Shown piece after piece: positions 13,409-23,507 of a stretch of 43,625 nt of DNA (positions are counted from its first letter, which is position 1; the number at the start of each line of letters is the position of its first letter). The notes under the pieces are model-generated. The model saw only the letters and a list, made by a program, of their open reading frames with translations. It did no database searches and had not been told where the DNA came from. The stretch covers positions 1-43,625 of the forward strand of contig CALSCP010002090.1 of assembly GCA_943704425.1 (NCBI GenBank). Direction: 5' to 3'. The position numbers and the translations under genes were made by a program. This DNA is from Ministeria vibrans ATCC 50519. Lineage: Eukaryota > Protista > Filasterea.

Positions 13409-14541
13409 CACAGTGGTGGAGCTCAGACGACGATCGAGTGGTAACGGTGGACGGACGGACGGGTGTTGCGACGGCGGGAGCACTTGAGGGACGCTGTGCG
13501 GTCCACTTCAACAGTTCGCGGGCCAAGACGCACACGCGTGTGCGAGTGGCGCGTGCCCTTATGATGGAAGCAGACGTGTCGCGAGTGCCATGGGTCTCCG
13601 ACTTGCCCACGAGTGCGCGCTTTCGTGTGCCGGTGGACTTTCGAACGGGCGACGGCCTGAAGTTTACTCACACACCTAAAGGAATCCCCTTTTCCTGTCG
13701 TGTGAGTCCCAGTGAGATTCCTCTTGAGTGTGCCGCCGAGCTGAACCCGGAGACGGGCGAGCACGCGTGCGTACTGGCGCCTCAACAACAAACGCATCAA
13801 GGAGCAGGCGATGTTGCGCAGAACAATGGCAATGTGACGGTGCATGTGACGGTGGGCGGCACCTCGTTTGAGTATGCGCTTCGCTATGTGCCTGCGTTCC
13901 GGGTGAGCACGACGCGCGTGCGTCTCAACAGTGCCGAACCCAACATGCTAGTGCGTGTGACCAATGCACGGGAGCACCTGCGGTACATGCGTGCGTCGTC
14001 GGGCGATGCACACGTTGTCGATGTGAAGGCGCTTGACGATAGCAACGGCGACGACTCGACGCTTCTTGTGGAGATTTCAGCGCAGAAGAAGCTGTTGCGA
14101 CAGCGAAAGCCGTTTACCGATGTGCCAGTGCACTTGGTTTCGACGCTGACGAACCAACGAGTGGAAATTCTCGTGTCGTACGTGGGCTCGACGGCTCCTC
14201 CGCCGCCTCCATCTACGTCGCTGGCGGTGGATGGAGCGGGCGCACGCGACAGCGACGCTGGCGATGCTACCTGGCTTGTGCTCCTTTTCCTGCTTGTGGT
14301 TGCTCTGCTTGTTGCACTAATGTTTGTTGTGGCACGCGCACGCAGCGAGCAGGCTCCACAAGAGCAGCCGCAGCAGCCGCGTCAGACGTTTGCGCCGTCG
14401 ACGCCCATGACCACCCCGCGTACGCCGCTGGTGCCTTCGTCCGCTGCCGCACATGCCATGCGAGGCTTTCAACACGACCGGTTTGGGTCGCCTTTCAAGG
14501 AGGTGCGTAGTGAGGCAATGGACATGTACAAAACTCATTGA
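7691..14541 (+). CDS. NUP210: Nuclear pore membrane glycoprotein gp210; about 2159 aa
   Basis: Exons 7691-7875, 8161-8474, 8561-14541. Signal peptide then LNALQVLLP. Conserved LRCDVFVDAITRIEIITRTRVL and AFDSEGNLFSSLEGLRFQW. Long Ig-like beta-rich lumenal region, single C-terminal TM (WLVLLFLLVVALLVALMFVV) and an S/T-P-rich tail. Confidence 0.93.
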
Positions 14542-14769
14542 GAGAATGCAAGACAAGAGAGAAAAGAGAATAATAATTATAGAGTAAAAAATTCTTTTTT
14601 TGTTGATTTGATTTTTTGTTTGGTCTTCGAGCGAGGAGCACGGTTAAGTTGAGTGAAACGTGAGTATAGGAATGATTAGAAATACGTCTCGAGAAGAAAA
14701 AGAAAGAGAAAAAAAAGAATAATTATATTTTTTTTTTCATCCAAAAAGCATTACAGAACACAGAACATT

Positions 14770-15526
14770 TTATCGGGTCTTCTCGAAGCCAATGTCGCTG
14801 TGGTACTGACGGAAGCACTGACGGCACATGTTGAGGCCGTACTTGCGGATCAGACCGTGACGGTTGGCGCACACGCGGCTACACAAAGGCAAAGAGGGAA
14901 ACGAACGAGACGGTCAGAAGAGTAATGTAATAATGTACAGAAGATCACACACACACACAATCAGACAGAATCCAGAAAAAAAAAAAAAAAAAAGCTGATT
15001 TGTGGTGAGCGACGAAGAAACAGGTACGGCTGCGGCAGAGGGTACGTTTGAATGTGTGCGAGGGTGTTGGTGTGGCGGGGTGAGCGAGCCCATTGGGCGG
15101 CGGGCGCAAGCAACGCGAATAAAAAACGAAAAAAGGAAATGAATTGTGTGCCAAAGACGGACAGATGAGGACGGCTGAACGCATGCACGGGGCTATCCTT
15201 GCAGGGAATCGCATGGACAGGCTACTGGAGTGGCCGGAGAGTCATTTAGGGGGCGCTAGGAGCGTTCAGAGGAGGAAAGGACATCGCCAAAAAAAAAAAA
15301 GCCAATGGACAAGAGAGGAAAACGTAAAGCAGCCGATAGGAGGAGGGGGGTGTGTTAACGTGCATAGAATGGAGGAGGGGCTGAGAGAGAAGAGGTGGAT
15401 GGCGAGGAAGCGCTGGACGACGAAGAGGATTGTCGAGAGCATTTGACACACATGTTCTTCTTACCAAGCGCGGCTGCCAGGGCCGTATTTCTTCGGGTGC
15501 GAGTTCCAGATAGCCGACTGAGTCAT
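14770..15526 (-). CDS. RPS29: 40S ribosomal protein S29 (uS14)
   Basis: Exons 15526-15465 and 14878-14770 give [56 protein letters not shown]. Not shown in full in the ORF track. Probable 5'UTR intron 15535-15682. Confidence 0.97.
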
Positions 15527-15682
15527 TGCGGTGTCTACAAGAGGCAAGAGTGGCGGATAAGCGCGTGGTGAAACGACAGAGAGAGCGCAGAGTGAAATGC
15601 ATTTCTCAAACGCTGTTTTTGGACACCACGGCACACGACTGCGCGCAGGGTGCACATGAGAATATAATATAAGCATTTGTAC

Positions 15683-15807
15683 CAAGAAACCAACGAAAAA
15701 AAGAGGAAGACTCAAGAGAGGAAGTTGATCGTTTTAGGTGGACTCAACAGTCAAAATCAAACTCGAAATATAATCATCGACCTTTTTTTTTGCTGAACCT
15801 ATATTGC
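15683..15807. promoter_or_regulatory. Compact bidirectional promoter for RPS29 and RPL4, with pyrimidine-tract (TOP-like) leader exons on both sides
   Basis: Minus strand CTTCCTCTTTTTTT before the donor at 15682; plus strand CC(T)9 at 15781 before the GTAAGG donor at 15808. Confidence 0.6.
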
Positions 15808-16041
15808 GTAAGGAAGAGGACGAGTGTGTGGTTGGGAGAGACGTTGGAGGGGGGATGGTTTGGATGCATCTCTGTGCATGTCAACGTTTCGTGTGCGCTT
15901 CTGTTCTCAGCGCTGTACTGTCCTCAGTGCACGCCAGACCGTGTCGCTGCCCCTCCCTTCCTCTTACTGTGCGTGTGTTCCAGTGTGTTGCGTGGTTGTC
16001 GTGTGCTTTACAAGCGCAGTTCTCTCTTGGCGTGGTGTTTC

Positions 16042-16226
16042 TTTTTTTTTTTTTTTTTTTTTTTTTGCATGTCCTCTCGTTCGTTTCCGCTTGTATGTCG
16101 AAGAATTCTCGCCGGACTGGTCCTGATGGGCCTTGGCGGACTACCCGTGAGGGGACCTGGGTGAATACGGGGTGAAAGTCAACCGCATTCTCCATCAGCA
16201 TGTGAAAAGAAAAAGAAAAAAAAAAC
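16042..16226 (+). ncRNA. Candidate structured intronic RNA element in the RPL4 5'UTR intron
   Basis: CTGATGG/CCATCAG stem encloses two GNRA hairpins (CCC-GTGA-GGG; GAATACGGGGT-GAAA-GTCAACCGCATTC). Outer poly-T/A-rich arms can also pair. Confidence 0.35.
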
Positions 16227-16454
16227 GGTTCGTGTGCACTGCTCACGAGTCGAAATCGGTCGGTTTGTCTCTGACTCATCGACTAGTTTGTTTGGCAATA
16301 CATTTCGGCGGCACAAACCCCTCCCCGTTTACCACTTGTTCGCTTTCTCTCTTTTTTTTCTCCTTTTTTTTTCACTTTCCTCACTTCATTCTTAAAAAAG
16401 GGCATTTTCGTGTTGCTGACTTTATTACTGTGTTGCCTGTGCATCTGTAGAGCA

Positions 16455-17736
16455 ATGTCGACTGCGTGTGCTCGCCCCGTCGTTTCGGTCCACTCCGCCG
16501 AGAAGGAGAAGGAGTCCGCCGCTGGTGGCGTCGCTCTCCCGGCCGTCTTCCGCTCGCCCATCCGTCCCGATGTCGTCAACTTTGTCCACACCAACATGGC
16601 CAAGAACCGTCGTCAGGTACACGCCGAACAACAAAACAACGAGGCTCTGGGGGGGGGTTTTATATAGTTTTACACGATACTTTTTTTTTTTTTTTTTTTT
16701 TTTGCGTGTGTCGTAGGCGTACGCTGTCAACGTCATTGCCGGCAAGCTGTGCTCTGCTGAGTCATGGGGCACCGGCCGTGCTGTTGCGCGTATTCCCCGT
16801 GTCGCTGGCGGTGGTACCCACCGTGCGGGCCAGGCTGCCTTCGGCAACATGTGCCGTGGTGGTCGCATGTTCGCGCCGACCAAGGTCTGGCGCAAGTGGC
16901 ACCGTCAGGTGAACCAGGGCCAGCGCCGTTTCGCGACTGTCTCCGCTCTGGCTGCGTCTGCTCTGCCCGCGCTCGTCATGGCGCGTGGCCACCGCATCGA
17001 CCAGGTCCCCGAGGTTCCTCTGGTCATCTCCAACGGCATTGAGTCTGTCACGCGCGCCAAGCAGGCCGCTGAGATCCTCAAGCGTGTGCACGCCGACGCT
17101 GACGTCGAGCACGCCAAGGACTCCAAGCAGCTCCGTTGCGGCAAGGGAAAGATGCGCAACCGTCGCTACGTGCTCCGCCGCGGCCCCCTCGTCGTGTACA
17201 ACGAGGACCACGGCATCACCAAGGCATTCCGCAACTTGCCCGGTGTCGAGACGTGCTGCGTGACCCGCCTCAACCTGCTCCAGCTGGCGCCCGGTGGCCA
17301 CATGGGCCGCTTTGTCATCTGGTCGCAAGGTGCCTTCCAGAAGCTCAACGAGCTTTACGGCACCTGGACGCGCGCCTCGTCCAAGAAGCACTTCCACCTG
17401 CCCCACCACACCATGGCCAACTCGGACCTGGGCCGCCTCATCAACTCCGACGAGATCCAGTCGGCTGTGCGCGCCGCCAAGGCACCCGCCAAGCGTGCCC
17501 CGATCAAGAAGAACCCGCTCCGCAACGCCGCCGTCCTCGTCAAGCTCAACCCGTACGCCATTACGCTTCGCCGCCGTGAGATCCTCACGTCGACTGCGCG
17601 TGCTGAGGCGAAGGCCAAGGCGCTCGCTGCCCGCCGCGCCGGTGGTCCCTCGACCCTCACTGACGCCGAGCGCAAGGCCCGCAAGGTTCGTCAGAGCCAG
17701 AGCAAGGCCTACGGCAAGGTCCTCAACGCCGAGTAA
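16455..17736 (+). CDS. RPL4: 60S ribosomal protein L4 (uL4); about 393 aa
   Basis: Exons 16455-16616 and 16717-17736. Motifs [76 protein letters not shown]. Strong C/T-ending codon bias. Confidence 0.98.
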
Positions 17737-18048
17737 AGCCTTCTTATGAATACTGTTCATCAAAATCAAGTGTATAAGTCTTTAGTTCTTTCTTTCTCTT
17801 TTTTTCTTCTTTTTCTCTGCTCGTCGTCAACGAACAAAGCAATCGTATACACTATACTTATTGTTATTTGCCTCAATCATCTCAAAAGTATATCTATGCT
17901 CTAGCATTGGGGCTGGAGATAGAAAGTCAATTTGGCACATAAACGAATAAATCGATTAAGAAAATGAGTAATTCTTTGTTCTTGTTTGATGGAAGGGAAA
18001 AGTTGCACAACAGACCGCTAAGTTGACCTTGACTGCCCTTCATTCTCC

Positions 18049-18731
18049 ATGAGCAACGCTGTCGCGTCATTTTTGCCAAAGGTGTCTCCCAAAGCACTGA
18101 CTTCACCACTTTCTTTCTTTTCTCACTCAAACTCGCTCGTATAGGTTGTGTCCGCTGCAGTGTCGGGAAGCATTGATCAAGTCAGGGAGGCCCTGGAAGC
18201 GGATCCTCGTAAGTGTCACGGTGTGCAATGTGACGGTGATGCACTAAACTTGGTGCTTTGTTAGAATGCATTTGGGACGCAGCGCAGTTTGGACACACTG
18301 CTCTACATAAGGCGGTACATGGAGGCCACACGGATGTCGTCGAGATGCTGTGTGCGCACGCCAAGGCCACGGACAGTTCTCGACCATTTGTCACCCTCAA
18401 AACACGGTGGGGGTACACGGCGCTGCATCAGGCGGCCGCCGATGGACACACTGATGTGGTACGAATGCTTGTACGACGATGGGGTGCCGATGTGGATGCG
18501 CCTGGTCCAATGGGACGCACAGCGTGTGCTTTGGCGGAGCGTGCTGGTCACACGCAGACTGTTGCCTTTCTCAAGCGTGTCCGCCTCGGCATGAGCAGCG
18601 AGAGAGACGAAGACGCGAACATGTGTGATGGTGGTGGTAACAGTGATGGGGATGGGGATAAGGATGGGGATGAGGATGAGGATGGTGCTGATGGCGAGGA
18701 CGAAGATGAAATTGTTGTCACCATGGTGTAA
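18049..18731 (+). CDS. Small ankyrin-repeat protein with acidic C-terminal tail
   Basis: Exons 18049-18081, 18145-18208, 18265-18731. ANK motifs GHTALHKAV, GYTALHQAA, GRTACALA. Confidence 0.8.
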
Positions 18732-18847
18732 ATTTATAGAAAAGATGACCCAACGATTCTTTTCCGCATGTATAGTGAGTGTAAAAGTACATATACAATA
18801 GTTGTTTTCTTGGTTGTACTGAGAGTTCGATGATGGAAGACACTTAC

Positions 18848-18849
<2 letters not shown>

Positions 18850-18887
<38 letters not shown>

Positions 18888-18905
18888 CTTTGTTTCTCCC
18901 TCCTT

Positions 18906-18962
<57 letters not shown>

Positions 18963-19001
18963 CTTTGTTTCTCCCTCCTTTCGCTCTCTCTCTCTCTCTA
19001 T

Positions 19002-19034
<33 letters not shown>

Positions 19035-19042
19035 NNNNNNNN

Positions 19043-19089
<47 letters not shown>

Positions 19090-19330
19090 AGTGAGAGAGA
19101 GAGAGAGAGAAACAAAGTGATAGAGAGAGAGAGAGAAACAAAGTGATAGAGAGAGAGAGAGAAACAAAGTGATAGAGAGAAAGAGAAAGAAACAAAGTGA
19201 TAGAGAGAGAGAGAAACAAAGTGATAGAGAGAAAGAGAAAGAAACAAAGTGATAGAGAGAGAGAAAGGAGGGAGAAAGAAACCAAGTGATAGAGAGGAGA
19301 GAGAGGGAGAGAGAGAGAGTGTGTGTGTGA
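18850..19330. repeat. Array of TATCACTTTGTTTC-(TC)n units, inverted across an N gap (19035-19042), between convergent genes
   Basis: About 2-3 CT-strand units left of the gap and about 8 GA-strand units right of it. Confidence 0.9.
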
Positions 19331-19549
19331 TGGGAGTCACATTATTCAATGGATCCTCATTGCACTTGTATCATTATTCTTCATGAAACTTATTATTTTC
19401 TTTCTTTTGGTATTGACTTACGACGAGGATTCATTTTTTACAGAAAAAAGGGGAGAAAGAGAAAAAAGAAACAACAAAACAAAGCAAAATTAAAAAATCA
19501 AGAATTGAAACGACACACAGATCAAAAATAAGATAGAGAGAGACAGAGG

Positions 19550-20777
19550 CTAGACGAGACCACATGCCCTAAGGTTGTTTGTGATGATGATGTCTGTGAC
19601 GTCGGTGAAAACATGCATAATGTTGTTGGTGTCGGTGGCGCATGTGTAGTGCGCATAGACCTTCTTCTCGTCACCAAGGTCCTTCATGTTGACAAACTGG
19701 TCTTCAATGTACGCAGACGCCTCTTTGAACACGTTTAAGCCTACGCCAACAAGAGGTGGTTGAGTTGAGTTGCCTGAGTCATGTTGGGTAGTGGCTTACC
19801 GGTGTATTCGGGGAAACAGCGAGTGAGCGGCGACTTTGTGATCTTCTCGTTGAACAAGTCGGTTTTGTTGAGGAAGAGAATGATGGAGGTTTGACGGAAC
19901 CATTTGCTGTTGCAGATTGAGTCGAACAGCCGCAATGATTCTTGCATTCGATTCTGAGAGAGAGAAGAAGGGAGAAAGTATCAGTAATAGTGATAGAGAG
20001 AGGAGGAAGAAAGAAACGAAGTGATAAAGACAGACAGAGAGAGAGAGAGAGAAAAACAAAGTGATAGAAAGAGAGAGAAAAAAATAATAGAGAGAAAAGA
20101 GGGAGAAAGAAACAAAGTGATAGAGAGAGAATAAGAAGAAAACAGAAATAAACAGTGATAGAGAGACAAAGTGAGAATAAGAACGACAGAAAAGGAAAAA
20201 AAGAAGACAACTTACCATTGTGGGGTCTTCGACAAGAGTGAGATCGTACGCTGATAATGCGACGCAGAAGATGATTGCAGTCACATTCTCAAAGCAGTGA
20301 ATCCACTTCTTTCTCTCTGACCTTTGCCCACCCACATCAAACATCCTGCAACCCACACGCACATACACAAAATCAGTGCACGGAAAAACACACACATGAC
20401 ACTCAATACGCGTACCTAAAGTAGATGCCTTTGAAGGAGAACTTAGTTTCTACAATGCCAGACGTGGTGACGCGCGTTCGGAGCACATCTTGCTCCACCG
20501 GCACAAAGTTGGGTGCCGAGATACGTGCAAGGTCGTCCAAGTAGCTGAAATGGAGAGGGCAAGTGAGAAAGGTAAGTGTTAAAAAATACAACGGCATTTC
20601 TCGACTACTCACTATTTCGCAGAGTCGAGCAGTTGATATTCTCTTGCACGCTCAAAGCATTCTTGGACACCACCGTCGGCCCATAACAAGCTGATTGCTT
20701 GTGCAAGGTCCGGTGTGAACTCTTCAGCTGTGGTAAACTCGCCGCGTACGCTTCTCACAAGGTCCACCGACGACTGA

Positions 20778-20808
<31 letters not shown>

Positions 20809-21095
20809 AAGGAGGAAAAGAAAAAGACAATGAGAAGGACGAAATAACAAAACGAACAAGAGACAGAGAGATGAGTTGGATACTAAAAACAAAAACAAAA
20901 AACAACTCACCTCCAAAGAGTCGTCCGCCAAGGGAATTGCCAGAGTTGCCATCGCGCGAACGATCGACGAAATGCTACTGAGGATGTTGTTGAAGATGAC
21001 GACGCGGAAGCTTAAAAATTCCTCGGTAGTGTAGCCACTGGCGTGAATGATCTTCATCTGCTTGACAATGGTGGACTTGCCACTCTCACCCGCAC
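19550..21095 (-). CDS. Heterotrimeric G protein alpha subunit, Gi/o class (exons 2-7; canonical first exon missing)
   Basis: Exons 21095-20911, 20773-20613, 20544-20416, 20345-20216, 19953-19800, 19740-19550. Motifs [36 protein letters not shown]-terminus NNLRACGLV with Cys at -4. Confidence 0.95.
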
Positions 21096-21866
21096 CTGCG
21101 AAAAAAAAAAAACACACACACACAAAACGATGAGATGGGCGGCGGAGGCGTACAGAGCGGTGGTGTGATAAGAGGCGGCGGGACGGGGCGGGGCGGTCAC
21201 CCCTCAGGCAGTCACAAAAAGAGATTCGGAAGGTCCCTGACCTTTGCTCTTTTTTTTCTCTCTCTCTGTTTTTTTTTTGACAAAAAATAATAATAATAAT
21301 ATCGAAAAAAAAAAAACGATTCGGACAAGCGAATGGGTTGCCAACAGCAAAGGGAACGATTCGGGGAGGGATAAAGGGAGGCAGAGGACAGGCAAGCGAG
21401 GAAGGAGGGGCAGAATGGGGGGACGACGTGGGTTTGGGTTTGGGGGACGGAGAGAAGATGACGACTGCGTTTGGCCACCCTACTGCTGCGGTGTCGGCCT
21501 CGACGCAGCGCACACGGCGACCGCCCCACGCCACCAGCCCCCTCCCCCCGTTCGCCCCGCAAAACCACACGCGGTGCAGTGCAGTGCGGGCAGGCGCCAG
21601 CCACGCCGACGCGCTTTCCAAGGCGCGGCCAAGGAGCGAAAATAGAGAAAAAAAAAAAAAAAAAAAAAAAACGGAAAGAAAGAAACAGACAAAAGGAAGA
21701 CAAGGAGAGCGGCAGACGACTGCATATCCACGGCAACGCATTTAGTCGTCCATGCACAGCCACCCGTTGGCGAGGCTGCACAGGAAACGGCCGTTGTCCA
21801 CTGCGTTGAACTCAAACACCCTTTTTTTGTTTTTTTGGTTGGGTTTCCGACAGCACGGCTCCTTAC

Positions 21867-21918
21867 CAAACTCGCGTCTTTGCCAGTCGTTGCCAATGAT
21901 CGGTTCAGCGTCACTCAT
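21867..21918 (-). CDS. 52-nt first exon MSDAEPIIGNDWQRREF, resembling the BRK1/HSPC300 N-terminus; phase-1 donor
   Basis: ATG at 21918 and strong G|GTAAGG donor. IxxDWxxREF matches the BRK1 signature as I recall it (I.QDW.NREY/F). No downstream BRK1 exons found. Confidence 0.5.
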
Positions 21919-22017
21919 TAAAAGGAAGGTGTCGAGCAATTTGTTTGATCAAGAATTCAAGATTTAAGATTCGACTCATTCTTCTGATATTCGTTCTTTC
22001 ACTTTCTTTTGGATTAA

Positions 22018-23507
22018 ATGGAGACGGACGGAGAGGAAGACACGAGTCTGTATGACGACTCGAGTATTGACGAATCCCTGGGCGTGGTGCGGGTGCCGGG
22101 TCTTGCGCCCGTGTGGCTGACAGAACTCGCCAGCGATGTAAACTTCGATCGGTATCAGCCCGTGAGACACACGGACAATCACGGGGAGTCCATCATGAAA
22201 GTACGTCCACGCAAGCAAAGATAGGACACGAAAGGGGAAGTCCAGTAACAGATGGCGTTTTAGGGGACAACATTCAACTCATCCACCGGATGGAATCACG
22301 CGCTGGTTGAGACGTTCATCTCGCTGGGCGACGAGGCGCTCGTTGCCGAGGCCGTGCACTTTGTCGACCGTGCCTGTGACACCGACCTGTATGTACACGC
22401 GGGCCCCATTGCCGCAATTTTGGACGAGGTGGGTGTAAATGGGAAGGCAAAACGTTTTGCACGACACAGACAGTTGTTTGTTGACCTGTTTAGGCACTTG
22501 GACGAACTGCAATGGCAAACGGAACACCCGGACCCACACTGAACCTTCGAGTGGAGTACCACGCCCCCGTGCCTGCCAACACCACCGTGTCGGTGCGAGG
22601 CCGAGTAGAGCGTGTCGATGGGCGCAAGGTCAGTCTTGTTGCCGTCATGTCGGAAACACCTCTGTCGCCTGCGCTCGCCACTGCACACGGCCTCTGGCTT
22701 ACCTTCAACCTTGCCTCTATTGGAATCGAATCCAAGCAGCAAGATCGCCAAGCGTCGTCGTCGTCGTCGTCGTCGTCTGCCGCAATGCAGCAAGACAGGA
22801 AGGCACAAAAAAAGAAGAAGAGTAGACGGCGCACGACAGCCGCACTACTGCTGACCACTCCGCGCTTATGGAATCTCAAGGCACGATTCCGGCGAACGCC
22901 CACCAGCGCACATGATGAATACACATTCATCCATGAAACACTCCGCCCGGCATCCGAGCCACAGACGCCGGAGTGGGCGCGCGCGCTGGCACACAGTGAC
23001 TCGCTCGAGTCGTGCAGTGCACGCGTGCTCGCACAACACCGCCGTCTCTGTCGCCGCCACGACGCAGATCATGTGATACTGACCAGTCAGCGCCAGTGGT
23101 ATGCCTACTACCGTGTGCGTTCCGCCACACCCACTCCCACGAGCAACTCAAGTGCCCTTGTGGCGCTGCATACCTTTGGCTTCTACTGTGAAGGCCCCCC
23201 GGGCTGTGTCCATGGCGGCTGCATTGCCACCGCCCTCACAAACGCCGCCCTGGTGCTTGCCCGTGGCTGCGGCACCGACTCGCATGCTCTCGTCGCAGCC
23301 CATCCATGCACCCTGCACGTCCGTGCCCTCTCCATTAACTACCGCAAGTTTACTCCTCTCGGCGAGACGTATCGTCTCGATTGTCGCTCTGTGGGACCTC
23401 CCTCCGACCTGCGCTTCGACTGCACGCTCTCCAGTCCTCTGTCAGACACCCTCCACGCTCAAGGCTCAATCCACCTCGCAAGGAGACCCGCTCCCTCAAA
23501 ATTGTAG
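22018..23507 (+). CDS. Tandem (double) hotdog-fold acyl-CoA thioesterase, PaaI/THEM4-like, with C-terminal PTS1 (SKL)
   Basis: Exons 22018-22200, 22264-22428, 22494-23507. Domain 1: VHAGPIAAILDEALG...TLNLRVEYHAPVP. Domain 2: EGPPGCVHGGCIATAL...LSINYRKFTPL. Ends PAPSKL*. Confidence 0.82.

Noticed and set aside
16120-16200. Hammerhead ribozyme, RNase P/MRP or TPP riboswitch interpretation of the RPL4 intron structure
   Set aside because: The core is CUGAUGG rather than CUGAUGA and is itself paired; the other required conserved motifs are absent.
15860-16290. U16/U18 box C/D snoRNAs, which vertebrate RPL4 hosts
   Set aside because: No convincing RUGAUGA box C with a matching CUGA and rRNA-antisense guide; short resemblances look coincidental.
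18850-19330. CRISPR-like array
   Set aside because: Spacers are just variable (GA)n, the context is eukaryotic, and there are no cas genes.
20755-21741. 328-aa ORF reading through the G-alpha intron in frame
   Set aside because: It translates homopolymer tracts (poly-F, CVCV) and has no G-alpha N-terminal features; probably a chance stop-free intron, as also seen for the KIBRA ORF.
21742-21800. Alternative exon giving ...REFVDNGRFLCSLANGWLCMDD* as BRK1 exon 2
   Set aside because: Too short and lacks the BRK1 coiled-coil pattern.
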